Below, one piece after another: positions 43,923-53,504 of a stretch of DNA of 64,000 bases. The stretch's first letter is position 1. Each line of letters opens with the position of its first letter. The notes beneath the pieces were generated by a model. That model was not told the DNA's origin. It saw only the letters and a program-made list of their open reading frames with translations, and made no database searches. Position numbers and translations under genes: made by a program. Origin of the DNA: an uncultured bacterium (lineage in GTDB: Bacteria > Margulisbacteria > WOR-1 > CAVSGV01); NCBI GenBank assembly GCA_963768305.1, contig CAVYHE010000013.1, positions 1-64,000 on the forward strand, read 5' to 3'.

Positions 43923-44576
43923 TTATAAGTTGAGAGTTATGAATTTAACAGGCTTACTCCAATCGCTGGATCCATATTTATTCAGCGCTTTGACTTTTAT
44001 GTAATATGTTTGGTCACTTTTAAGCCCGCGTGAAACAGGGATATTCCATGTCAATTTATAAGGCTTATTGGCCAAGCGAGGGATGCCTCCATTATCAGCT
44101 TTTTCATCATTACCGATGCTGACCAGGTAACTGATACCTTTATATTTCGCGTTATCCCAGGTGACAGAAGCCGACTTGGATGTGATATTAGTTATCACAA
44201 TCCCTTTGGGCGGCTCCGGCATAGCTTCGGACGGCTCGGTAGTGATATTCAGCGTGAGCATTGCTGTTTTGCCGCCTTTTGTGGCGAAAACCTGAACTGT
44301 TCCAGCCTGTTTGCAATAGAATTCCCCTTTATCGTTTATATGGACAAGCGCATTGCTGGTAGACCAAGTGCACGGATCGTCTTTTGAGGAATATTCCTTA
44401 AAACCAGCCTTATTGTAGGCACCCATTGCTTCCAATGTGATATTAGTACCGACTAAAGCATTTATTTTATCTACGCTTTTGCCGAAAAGTGAAATACCGA
44501 TATATTTTAAATTCTCACAATACGCCGGGGAGATAAGGAAAAGCGCCAAAAAATAAAATGAAAAGATCTTTTTCAT
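43923..44576 (-). CDS. Secreted Ig-like + fibronectin type III protein
   Basis: Signal peptide, TWSTSN, ITSKSASVTW, GLKSDQTYYIKVKA..SDWS. Confidence 0.75.
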   Translation of the reverse strand: MKKIFSFYFLALFLISPAYCENLKYIGISLFGKSVDKINALVGTNITLEAMGAYNKAGFKEYSSKDDPCTWSTSNALVHINDKGEFYCKQAGTVQVFATKGGKTAMLTLNITTEPSEAMPEPPKGIVITNITSKSASVTWDNAKYKGISYLVSIGNDEKADNGGIPRLANKPYKLTWNIPVSRGLKSDQTYYIKVKALNKYGSSDWSKPVKFITLNL

Positions 44577-44614
44577 TCGGACACCCCCTTTGATAAATTA
44601 CTTTTGACCATGGG

Positions 44615-44643
44615 ATTATATTCTTGCTCCACGGGGGTGTCAA
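44615..44643 (-). promoter_or_regulatory. Consensus sigma70 promoter
   Basis: TTGACA-17-TATAAT exact match. Confidence 0.8.
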
Positions 44644-44715
44644 TCTATGCAACAAGTGTCGAAAGATCCTGCGACAGTTCCGTAGCGAAAAATCGATCTT
44701 ACGAGTGAAACCTGA

Positions 44716-44731
44716 CGGCAAGAAAATTGCT
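44716..44731 (+). promoter_or_regulatory. Sigma54 promoter candidate for the lipoprotein operon
   Basis: CGGCAAGAAAATTGCT (GG-N10-GC). Confidence 0.6.
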
Positions 44732-44773
44732 ATCCCTGATGTGATCGGATTTCATTATGAAGGAGGTGTGAAA

Positions 44774-45409
44774 ATGAGAAACATAATTTTGTTAGCGATT
44801 ATTGCGATGACATTATTCATCTGCGGATGCGGGCAGGCACCGCAATCAGGTAATGTTTCTGATAAAAATTATTCGATGAAAGTAGATAATCCGCAGGTCA
44901 GAACATTCAATGCTCAGCTTGGTGCGATAAGCAGTGAAGCAAGCGCCGAGCAAACCGTCAATTCTTTTGTCGGATATGTGAGTTCAAAACTTAACAAGTC
45001 GGTATCCGGAATTTCAACTGTATCTCCTACAACTCTGGTATCGCCTGAAGTTGTTAAAAGCATGGCTCAGCAGGAGGCCTTGAAAAGGAATATTACCGTT
45101 ATAGTCGATGCCAATGTCAGGAAGCAGCCGCCTATCGATATAGGCATGATAACGGACAATATCAACCAGCTGGCGACATTGGAAGGAATAAAAGTTAACG
45201 ATGAAATAGTTGAAAAGGCAAGAATTGCAGTGGAGGAGTCCATGCCGAAAATTAATCCGGATAATAGCTTGGGCATGACCCCGCTGGAGGCATCGGTTAT
45301 CGGCTATGCGATAGTTTCCGGCGATGACGGGACGGCAAGCATGGAGTCGGTAAAGATCCCGGCCAAGCAGATCAACACTTTTGTAACAAGAATTACAAGA
45401 TGGAGGTGA
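44774..45409 (+). CDS. Lipoprotein of unknown function
   Basis: RBS AGGAGGT; MRNIILLAIIAMTLFICGC lipobox. Confidence 0.75.
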   Translation: MRNIILLAIIAMTLFICGCGQAPQSGNVSDKNYSMKVDNPQVRTFNAQLGAISSEASAEQTVNSFVGYVSSKLNKSVSGISTVSPTTLVSPEVVKSMAQQEALKRNITVIVDANVRKQPPIDIGMITDNINQLATLEGIKVNDEIVEKARIAVEESMPKINPDNSLGMTPLEASVIGYAIVSGDDGTASMESVKIPAKQINTFVTRITRWR

Positions 45410-45414
45410 ATAAA

Positions 45415-46410
45415 ATGGCAAAGAAAATGAATATTGTCTTACTTTTTATCATGACATTGCTTCTTTTGTCTCCCAGTGCTTCATTCGCGGGGGGCGGGGG
45501 AGGCGGGATATGCATCATCGGCGGGGGAGGGGACGACGGCGGAGGAAGTTCCGGACCGCAATATTATTCATATGAAGACCTGAGAAATGCGTTAAAACAG
45601 CAGACTTTCGTGTTTTCAAATGTTAATAAACCGCGGGAAGCACTGGTGGCCCTGGGATATTACCCGTATTACTGCGCGACATGCGGTTCGACGAAAAAAT
45701 TAACTACATTGGCCAATAATAATCCGGGCAGAATGGGCGTGAATAATTTAACCATCTGTGCTAACTGGAACGACAACATAGAAACTACATTTGATTGGAA
45801 CAAATTTAATGCAACTAATGGGACCGACCCATGCACGCTTGTTTTTCTCCGCGGGAACGGGTCGGGGTCCGATATCGTGAAGATATTCTCTGAATGGACG
45901 CATGTGGCTATTGTGGATGATCCGAATGGTTATAAAATATTTGAAGCTTTACCAGATGGGGGCTCAAGGGTAAACTATGCGCCGGATACATGGAAACATA
46001 TTACTTATTATTCCTGCAAAAAAATAAAAACCGCGAATAATCCATTAAAACCCGTAACACTCGATCAGATAAAAACTGCGCTTAAAGCAGCTGAGGTCAA
46101 ATATGACGGCACTCCATATTTTCCCCAGGTCCAGACCATTTTTGATCTGCTGGGGAATTTTGTTTTAAGGTGGTGCGATAAAAACGATCAAAGCTCCATG
46201 TATTGCTCAAAATTGGTTTACAATACTTTCAAGGGGCTTGTTGATTTTGATACGAAACTTACGGGTGTAGACAGCAATATAATCGGGGACAGCAGCCGGC
46301 CGATAGGATCGACGTACTTCGCCTGGTTCGGGATATCACCCGGCGATATTTACTATTCGCCGTCGCTTGATTACGATTTCTGTTATTCTTTGAACATGCT
46401 GGATCTATGA
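45415..46410 (+). CDS. Secreted permuted NlpC/P60 (YiiX/YebB-like) papain-fold protein
   Basis: Signal peptide, poly-Gly linker, WTHVAIV preceding MYCSKLVY, late ISPGDI. Confidence 0.75.
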   Translation: MAKKMNIVLLFIMTLLLLSPSASFAGGGGGGICIIGGGGDDGGGSSGPQYYSYEDLRNALKQQTFVFSNVNKPREALVALGYYPYYCATCGSTKKLTTLANNNPGRMGVNNLTICANWNDNIETTFDWNKFNATNGTDPCTLVFLRGNGSGSDIVKIFSEWTHVAIVDDPNGYKIFEALPDGGSRVNYAPDTWKHITYYSCKKIKTANNPLKPVTLDQIKTALKAAEVKYDGTPYFPQVQTIFDLLGNFVLRWCDKNDQSSMYCSKLVYNTFKGLVDFDTKLTGVDSNIIGDSSRPIGSTYFAWFGISPGDIYYSPSLDYDFCYSLNMLDL

Positions 46411-47543
46411 GCGTTAAAAAAGCCCTATTTTTCATTGGTGTTGCTTGCTTCATATGGCGGGGTTCTCCGGCGCTGCCGGAGGACTTCGCTTATGTGTTGA
46501 GGTTCCAGCCTCCCAAGCCGGACTGCCTTGTCAGATTTGACGTTAACAAAGACATGATACTTAAAGAGATAGAACTTCCCGGCGACAAAGATTTCAATAA
46601 TTTTGTTGTTGATGAAAAAGGGGGGTGCTTCATATCGAACTATCGGGGAGTGGAGCTTTATGGCCGCGATATTTATTATTATGATCCGGAAAAGAATAAG
46701 ATCGAGAAATTCATCGATCTGGGCGACAAATTCGGCCCGCACCAATTATTCCTGACCGACAAGGAATTGATCGCCGAGATCGAAGGGAACGATAAAACAA
46801 AGGGAAAAAGCGGAGTGATCTTTATTGACAGGAAGTCCAAAACGATCACGGGCTCGGTCTTTCTTCGGGAAGATGATCCGCATTATTCTCAGGCCAATAT
46901 TACCGACATTTTCTTTGACGGAAGCAAATATCTTTTCCTGGCGACTTATTATTTGTTCAAAGAAAATGACCTGAAAGAATTTACAAGGACTGAATTTACT
47001 GGCGATATTTATGTCGTCGATATTGATAAGAAGCAGATCGTCAAAACGATCAATATCGACAGCCAGTATAAAATGATCTGGGGCGTATGCAATGTCGGGG
47101 ATAAGGTCTATGTTTCCGCCGGCGAATTCGGGAATATCGAGGATAGCCATTGCGAGCTGCCAACCACCAACTATTTGTTGGTATATTCTCTTTCTTCAGG
47201 AGAACTTCGCAGGGTTGTTAATGTCGATCCACGTCCTTTTATCCTGAAATATGACAGGTCAGTTGATAAGATCTTTGTCACGCACCGGGATGATCGGATG
47301 CCGCATGACACTGTCGAAGTGGTCGATCCTAAAACTGATGATGTCGTTGACAGGATCAATATTCCTTCCCGTCTGATGTTCTCCGTGGTCGCGCCAGGCA
47401 AAATATACGTTTCCGTCGGAAAGAATTTCCTCCAGGAACATTACGCATCGCCCAAGCTTTTAGTTTTGGACACAAAGACGGACAAAATAATCAAGGAATT
47501 CAAGGGCATTTATACGGGCATATCGCTTAACTCGAAATATTAA
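46407..47543 (+). CDS. Secreted YncE-like beta-propeller protein
   Basis: Repeated VVDxxxxxIVKTI-type blades. Confidence 0.7.
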   Translation: MSVKKALFFIGVACFIWRGSPALPEDFAYVLRFQPPKPDCLVRFDVNKDMILKEIELPGDKDFNNFVVDEKGGCFISNYRGVELYGRDIYYYDPEKNKIEKFIDLGDKFGPHQLFLTDKELIAEIEGNDKTKGKSGVIFIDRKSKTITGSVFLREDDPHYSQANITDIFFDGSKYLFLATYYLFKENDLKEFTRTEFTGDIYVVDIDKKQIVKTINIDSQYKMIWGVCNVGDKVYVSAGEFGNIEDSHCELPTTNYLLVYSLSSGELRRVVNVDPRPFILKYDRSVDKIFVTHRDDRMPHDTVEVVDPKTDDVVDRINIPSRLMFSVVAPGKIYVSVGKNFLQEHYASPKLLVLDTKTDKIIKEFKGIYTGISLNSKY

Positions 47544-47544
47544 A

Positions 47545-48906
47545 ATGTTTTTACTGTTATTTTTCCTCGGTTTGGCCATTTCCCTTGCGTCCATGCCAAA
47601 CCCATTGACCAACATTCCCTTGGGGATCTTTGTGGGTTTTATCCCATTATTCATTCTCAACCAAAGAACCACCGGATGGCGGCGCTTCTTAATTAATCTC
47701 GCGTTTTCCGAACTGTTCGCTATAGTCCTGCTCATCCCGTTGGATGCGACGAACCTGGTCTTTGTTTTTCAGGACACCCTTTTCCTTGTCTTGCTATTTT
47801 TGTTTGTTGGCTTTGTACATGCTTTGATGATAACTTTCTCGGCAATTTTATCTGATAAATATGGATGGAACTTGAGCCCGCTCATATTCGGAGTTGCCTG
47901 GACGATAATGCAGTTCCTAATGCCGATGATCTCATTTGTCCTGACATTTCCGCTGGAGACTGCATTGTCACCTTTACCTATCATGATCCAATCAGCCAGG
48001 TTTTTCGGTCCATATTTCATTGTATTTTTGATAATTTTCACGAATGCGCTTATTGCAAACACGATCCTCAAAAAAGATAAACGTATTTGGACGATCTCTA
48101 TCATATCTTTATTACTTGTCCATTCGATCAATCTTGGGTATGGTTATTTGTCTATCAATTCCACTGAGCAGCCCGGAGCGCCAGTAAAGATCGTTATTAT
48201 CCAGACAGATATCACATCAAAAGATTACGCTTTAAAGGAACACAGCAAACTGTTTGAAAAGTTTATTGATAATAAGCTGGTCGATCTAACAAAAGACGCG
48301 CTTGAACAGAAACCTGGTCTCATCATCTGGCCGGAGCTTTCCAAGGACTATGTCCTGCAAAACGATCAATATCTTGGATATCTCCACAGGACCATTACGT
48401 CAAAAGGGCCGGAGCTTCTTATCGGAACATCTTATATCGATTACTGTGATAAAAGGAAAAAATTCAATATCGCCTTTATATTAAAAACCGACGGCGGCAC
48501 AACAGAACCGTATCGGAAAACCAGGATATTTCCATTCTCCGAAACCCTATGGCTTTCGCGAGGTAGGGAATATATAACCTTGCCCAGCCTGACCCCGTTA
48601 AAAAATATCGGCTGCATGATATGCCTGGAATCAATTTACCCGCAGGTTTCCCGCGGCCTTGCAGGGTCCGGCGCAAAAGCCCTTGTTTGCATATCTACAG
48701 ACGCGGCTTTCGGCAATTCAATGATCCCATATATTCATTCGCAATCGATGGTCTTCAGAGCGGTAGAAAATAATATGTACGGCATTCATGCCGGGAACAC
48801 GGGCCCGTCCATTATCTGCGACAACAAAGGCAGGATCACTACACGGATATCTTACGGAAAGACAGCTTTTGCGATCGCGGACATTTATCCTAAAATGAAT
48901 CATTGA
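47545..48906 (+). CDS. lnt: Apolipoprotein N-acyltransferase-like (nitrilase fold)
   Basis: TMs followed by IIWPE, YRK, ICLES triad and FRAVEN..AGNTGPS. Confidence 0.8.
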   Translation: MFLLLFFLGLAISLASMPNPLTNIPLGIFVGFIPLFILNQRTTGWRRFLINLAFSELFAIVLLIPLDATNLVFVFQDTLFLVLLFLFVGFVHALMITFSAILSDKYGWNLSPLIFGVAWTIMQFLMPMISFVLTFPLETALSPLPIMIQSARFFGPYFIVFLIIFTNALIANTILKKDKRIWTISIISLLLVHSINLGYGYLSINSTEQPGAPVKIVIIQTDITSKDYALKEHSKLFEKFIDNKLVDLTKDALEQKPGLIIWPELSKDYVLQNDQYLGYLHRTITSKGPELLIGTSYIDYCDKRKKFNIAFILKTDGGTTEPYRKTRIFPFSETLWLSRGREYITLPSLTPLKNIGCMICLESIYPQVSRGLAGSGAKALVCISTDAAFGNSMIPYIHSQSMVFRAVENNMYGIHAGNTGPSIICDNKGRITTRISYGKTAFAIADIYPKMNH

Positions 48907-48949
48907 TCTCGCCCGCCTGAACAGCAAGACCAAAATCTTCTTCAAAATA

Positions 48950-48979
48950 GCGAAATTTCCGCCCGTTTTTAACGATATA
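48950..48979 (+). promoter_or_regulatory. Sigma28-like motif copy
   Basis: GCGAAATTT-N14-CGATATA. Confidence 0.7.
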
Positions 48980-49001
48980 TATATATAGGAGGAATTATCA
49001 A

Positions 49002-49787
49002 ATGGGATTGTCACTTGAGCTTAGATTGACACAACACCTGGGAATGACTGTGTTGAGTCAGAGGCAAATACTCAAATTACAGCAATTGATGACCATAAGA
49101 CCACCGAAGCACCCAAAATTTTCTGATGCGGCGAAAGGAATGGATGGCATAAGGGCGGCGCACAAAATACTTATTGAACGGAACGCTTTCGGCGTCCTTA
49201 CCGGCGGAATAGCGGAAAGCCTGTGGAAAAGGAACTGCACGCCGGAAAAACTGGCCAAACATAACGATGTTGACGTAATTGTGCTGAATGAAGATTTTAA
49301 GCTTAAGCAAGCTTTTGAGGGCGGGATCGACTGGTGGCTGCCTCATCGTGTGTTTACGGACATCCCTTACCCATCTGGCGGGGTAACAAAAGATCACAGG
49401 CTGGAATGGTGGACGAACGGTTATGGTACCGTGTTGCATTATGGTGTTTCTTGCGTGGATAAGAGAGAGCCTGGTTTATATTTAATGGATCCCGAATGGC
49501 TGCTTACAATGAGGCGTACGGAAGCGGAAGCGATCGCTAAAATAAACCATCCAAAGGTTTCATTTGACATTGAGGTGATTGAAAGTTTTGAAGCCAGGAA
49601 GAGAAAAACTTTTGTAGATTGCCCCCCCAATTTTTTTATTGAAGAATTTGCTCAATATATAAAGCATCCAGTAAATGGATTGCTTAATTCCAGGAGGCTA
49701 GTTCTTTATACGGATCCAATAGAACCGCCGATGATGCGCTTGATCAAAAAAATGTCTGGAGGCCATAAAGGATCCGAAAGAACTTAA
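49002..49787 (+). CDS. Orphan with RpoN-region-I-like N-terminus and nucleotidyltransferase-like motif
   Basis: RBS AGGAGG; LSLELRLTQHLGMT..Q.ILKLQ; LTGGIA...HNDVDVIV. Confidence 0.55.
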   Translation: MGLSLELRLTQHLGMTVLSQRQILKLQQLMTIRPPKHPKFSDAAKGMDGIRAAHKILIERNAFGVLTGGIAESLWKRNCTPEKLAKHNDVDVIVLNEDFKLKQAFEGGIDWWLPHRVFTDIPYPSGGVTKDHRLEWWTNGYGTVLHYGVSCVDKREPGLYLMDPEWLLTMRRTEAEAIAKINHPKVSFDIEVIESFEARKRKTFVDCPPNFFIEEFAQYIKHPVNGLLNSRRLVLYTDPIEPPMMRLIKKMSGGHKGSERT

Positions 49788-49905
49788 TAGAAGCTTTTTA
49801 AGATAAGTATTGATCATTTCCCCGTATATCATTTATGCCCATTGCAACACTCCCGTGTTCGTTGATTTCATCCCCCTTTTCAGCTAATATTGACTGGATC
49901 AGTTA

Positions 49906-51459
49906 ATGAAAAAGCAAAAGAAAAAAGTTGTCGTGCTCGGAGGCGGCCCTAACAGGATAGGACAGGGAATTGAATTCGATTACTGCTGCGTCCACGCTTC
50001 ATACGCAATCCGCGAAGAAGGTTGCATCTCCATAATGGTGAATTCCAACCCGGAAACCGTTTCTACCGATTACGATACCTCCGACCGGTTATATTTTGAG
50101 CCCCTTACCCGCGAGGACGTACTTGCCATCATCGACAAGGAAAAGCCGATCGGCGTCATAGTCCAGTTCGGCGGCCAGACTCCGCTGAACCTTGCGCTTC
50201 CCTTGATGAGAGCCGGCGTAAAAATACTTGGCACATCTCCCGAATCCATCGACCGCGCCGAGGACAGGAAACTTTTCAAGGAGCTTATCGAGAAACTCGA
50301 CCTCGTCCAGCCGGAATCGGGAACAGCCGTCACTATCGAAGAAGCGCATAAGGCAGCAAGGGAGATTGGATATCCCGTTCTTGTTCGCCCGTCATATGTC
50401 CTTGGCGGCCGCGCGATGAAGATCGTATATGACGACAGTGACATGGATGAATACATGGCGGCGGCAGTGTGGGCTTCACCCGAAAGGCCAGTGCTTATCG
50501 ACAAATTCCTGGAAGACGCCATCGAAGTGGATGTGGACGCCATATCCGACGGAAAAAAGACAGTCGTTTGCGGGGTGATGGAGCACATCGAAGAAGCGGG
50601 GATACACTCAGGCGATTCCGCGTGCTCACTGCCGACATTCTCACTCTCTGAAAATATCGTTAACAAGATAAGGAGCATCACTCACGCGCTCTCAAAAGAG
50701 CTTAACGTCATCGGGCTGATGAATATCCAGTTCGCGGTAAAGAACGATATCGTTTATATCCTTGAAGTTAACCCGCGCGCTTCCAGGACTGTGCCTTTTG
50801 TTTCGAAAGCGACCGGAATTCCCTGGGCGAAAATGGCAACAAAAGTCATGCTTGGCAGGACACTTGATCAGCTCGGCATTAAAAATGAATTCGTTCCGAA
50901 ACACATTTCCGTTAAAGAAGCAGTGTTTCCGTTCGTCCGGTTCCCCGGGGTCGATCCGGTCCTCGGGCCGGAGATGAAATCCACCGGCGAGGTAATGGGA
51001 ATAGACGATAACTTCGGCTCGGCTTTCATGAAAAGCCAGATCGCCGCGGGGCAGAACCTTCCGCTTAAGGGCAAGGTTTTCATATCGGTCAAGGATAAGG
51101 ACAAAAGATCAGTAATGTTCATCGCAAAAAAACTTTCTGACCTTGGCTTCTCGCTGATCGCAACCCACGGAACCGCGGAAGTCCTTAAGAATAACGGGCT
51201 TGACGTGAAGCCGGTCCATAAGATCGGAACGGGAAAGCCGGATGTGGCGGACCTTATCAAGAAAGGCGAGATCCAGTTGATAATCAATACTCCGTCAGGA
51301 AAAGTCGCGAAGCAGGATGAGATCGGCATAAGGGCAGGGGCGTATTTACATAATATTCCGCTCATCACCACGATATCGGGAGCGCAGGCGGCGGTCAACG
51401 GAATAGACGCCGCGAAAAAGAAAGGCTTCGGAGTTAAGGCGCTTCAAGACTACTACTGA
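49906..51459 (+). CDS. carB: Carbamoyl-phosphate synthase large subunit, C-terminal half (with MGS domain)
   Basis: [43 protein letters not shown]; 517 aa only. Confidence 0.92.
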   Translation: MKKQKKKVVVLGGGPNRIGQGIEFDYCCVHASYAIREEGCISIMVNSNPETVSTDYDTSDRLYFEPLTREDVLAIIDKEKPIGVIVQFGGQTPLNLALPLMRAGVKILGTSPESIDRAEDRKLFKELIEKLDLVQPESGTAVTIEEAHKAAREIGYPVLVRPSYVLGGRAMKIVYDDSDMDEYMAAAVWASPERPVLIDKFLEDAIEVDVDAISDGKKTVVCGVMEHIEEAGIHSGDSACSLPTFSLSENIVNKIRSITHALSKELNVIGLMNIQFAVKNDIVYILEVNPRASRTVPFVSKATGIPWAKMATKVMLGRTLDQLGIKNEFVPKHISVKEAVFPFVRFPGVDPVLGPEMKSTGEVMGIDDNFGSAFMKSQIAAGQNLPLKGKVFISVKDKDKRSVMFIAKKLSDLGFSLIATHGTAEVLKNNGLDVKPVHKIGTGKPDVADLIKKGEIQLIINTPSGKVAKQDEIGIRAGAYLHNIPLITTISGAQAAVNGIDAAKKKGFGVKALQDYY

Positions 51460-51519
51460 GTTCTAAGCTCCGTGTTTTAAGTTCTCCCCCATTTTTCGAG
51501 GCAAAAATATCATCAAAAA

Positions 51520-51549
51520 GTGAAATTTTCCTGAAAATATGACGATAAT
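51520..51549 (+). promoter_or_regulatory. Sigma28-like motif copy
   Basis: GTGAAATTT-N14-CGATAAT. Confidence 0.75.
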
Positions 51550-51594
51550 AAAATGATCGAGTTTTGACTGGAATATTAAAGGGAGGATATAAAA

Positions 51595-52035
51595 ATGATA
51601 CCTAAAATTGGAACGAGCGGAAAATTTATCGGCTTAAAAATAAAGGGGGCGAACTATAAAATTTCCAGATCGTTCATAACCTCACTGCTAAACCATGTTT
51701 TACCAAGCCGATTCGTTAAAGGATTCTATAACACGGATACGCATTATGCGAGCACCAACAATTTCTCTGAAATAACGCAGAGCATATCTAAAAATCATTA
51801 TTTGGAGTCAAAAAAACAACCTCTTAATGTAGTATGGACAATGCTGGAGAATGCAAAAATAAAAGCTTCAAAAAATGAACGCGAGTTCTTTGATAAAGTT
51901 ATTTTTCCAATGATGCCCAAAACGTTTAGTGCCGAAAAGTGGGTGGGCGGAACGGATCATATGCCAATAAATATCGAAGATCTGTTATTGCCTCATTTAG
52001 TCAAAATAAAAGAAATGTTGAGATCGTTAAAGTAA
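51595..52035 (+). CDS. Orphan protein (146 aa, AT-rich)
   Basis: RBS GGGAGG; upstream motif. Confidence 0.65.
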   Translation: MIPKIGTSGKFIGLKIKGANYKISRSFITSLLNHVLPSRFVKGFYNTDTHYASTNNFSEITQSISKNHYLESKKQPLNVVWTMLENAKIKASKNEREFFDKVIFPMMPKTFSAEKWVGGTDHMPINIEDLLLPHLVKIKEMLRSLK

Positions 52036-52041
52036 TACTTT

Positions 52042-52110
52042 TTAAGAGTATTTCCTCGGGTCGGTTATCTTTCCGTTCAGAACAGAAGCGGCCACGGTCG
52101 CGGGCGAGCC
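52042..52110 (-). repeat. Direct-repeat copy of the last 23 codons (including stop) of leuC
   Basis: 67/69 nt identical to 53501-53569; both differences synonymous. Confidence 0.95.
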
Positions 52111-52129
52111 AAAAATATCTTCAAAATAT

Positions 52130-52159
52130 GTGAAATTTCAGTTCAATTATTTCGATAAT
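52130..52159 (+). promoter_or_regulatory. Sigma28-like motif copy
   Basis: GTGAAATTT-N14-CGATAAT. Confidence 0.75.
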
Positions 52160-52175
52160 TCATCGGTGTATCTAT

Positions 52176-53504
52176 GTGAATATCCGACCTATACCTAAAA
52201 TGAGCCATTCAGCTGCAAAAGCCCCATCGGGCCTTTCTTATCTCAGCGGCGCGAGAAAAATATATTACAAAATAAACGATCCCAGGGATGAGCGTTTAGT
52301 CAGATCGGTTTTGCATTTTTATTCCAGCAGGGACATTTCGCTGCATTACTTAAAACCTATCGATGTAATTGGCGAGAGCTATTTGGCTTTTTGTGAATCG
52401 AGAAAAAAAGATCCCGGAATATCCGATCACGCATTAATACGTGATGCGCTAAAGAGAATTTCAAGCCTGCTGAAAAATGATTCCCAATACGAAAAAACAT
52501 TGCAAAAGATAAGAGATGGATATGTGGACATGAAGGATCTAGAACCTTCGACTTTCGGGGAGCGTCTGCAACAGCAACGCATTGCGCATCATAAGACACT
52601 GAGCCAGCTCGCAGCAGAACTCAATGTTGGGTTGCGCGCCGTTATATCATGGGAACAGGACGAAAAGATGCCACGGCCGCGCAATCTCAGCAACTTGGCA
52701 ACAACCTTTAAAACATCGGTGAGTAGTTTATTGATGGATATGTCATCTGATGAGCTTGCGAAAGCTAAAGTGCCTGATATTGGCATCCCTGATATCAGGA
52801 GCAATGCATCTCGCAAACTTGTTGGAATTAAGGTGGCGACATACAGAAAAAGTATTGGAAAAACGCAGGAAGAATTTTTACCGGGAGGTGTTTTGTTGCG
52901 GGTGGAACGCGGACAGAGCGTTCAACCCTGGAAGCTGCCGGACATCGCGAAGGAAATGCATACAACGGTCAGTTCTCTTCTTACGAGCATGCCTTTGGAT
53001 AAATTACTCTCGTTAAAGGTGGATAACGAATTCAGCGGCGAAGGCAAAAAGATAATAGGGTTGAAATTAGCGATATTGAGGATTACTTCCCGATTTAAGT
53101 CCCAACTTAATCTTGCCATGGAGATACAAAGGCCAAAATCGCTGATAAATTATTGGGAATCAGGAGAGCATCTTATTGGTCCGAATGATCTTAAAAAACT
53201 GGTAGATGTTTTCAATGATGTCGGGGCGGTCCAGGAAGAGATCTGCGGTAAAGTTGAGGCAATTCAAATATTATCCGGGTATAAAAAAATCGATTTTCTG
53301 AGACAAAATTTCAGTCAATGCAGGAAATACAAGTTACTTCTTCTTTCAACGGGTTTATGGCGAAAAGACCTTGCGGAGAAACTTGGCGTGCCTTGCAGCA
53401 AAGTATACCAATGGGTGAGCGGCGAAAGCAAGCCAGATATGGTTAATGAAGGAAAAATGGCTAAAATATTTGGCGTCACCCTGGACTTCAAGAATGTTAT
53501 TTAG
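52176..53504 (+). CDS. Protein with about four tandem XRE-type HTH domains
   Basis: TFGERL..LAAELNV..SWEQ; VGIKVATYRKSIGKTQ; IGLKLAILR..NYWESG; DLAEKLGV..YQWVSG. Confidence 0.8.
   Translation: MNIRPIPKMSHSAAKAPSGLSYLSGARKIYYKINDPRDERLVRSVLHFYSSRDISLHYLKPIDVIGESYLAFCESRKKDPGISDHALIRDALKRISSLLKNDSQYEKTLQKIRDGYVDMKDLEPSTFGERLQQQRIAHHKTLSQLAAELNVGLRAVISWEQDEKMPRPRNLSNLATTFKTSVSSLLMDMSSDELAKAKVPDIGIPDIRSNASRKLVGIKVATYRKSIGKTQEEFLPGGVLLRVERGQSVQPWKLPDIAKEMHTTVSSLLTSMPLDKLLSLKVDNEFSGEGKKIIGLKLAILRITSRFKSQLNLAMEIQRPKSLINYWESGEHLIGPNDLKKLVDVFNDVGAVQEEICGKVEAIQILSGYKKIDFLRQNFSQCRKYKLLLLSTGLWRKDLAEKLGVPCSKVYQWVSGESKPDMVNEGKMAKIFGVTLDFKNVI

Noticed and set aside
51470..51502. Possible third, older leuC remnant (minus strand CCT CGA AAA = PRK) before the 51520 motif
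   Set aside because: Only three codons match; indistinguishable from chance.
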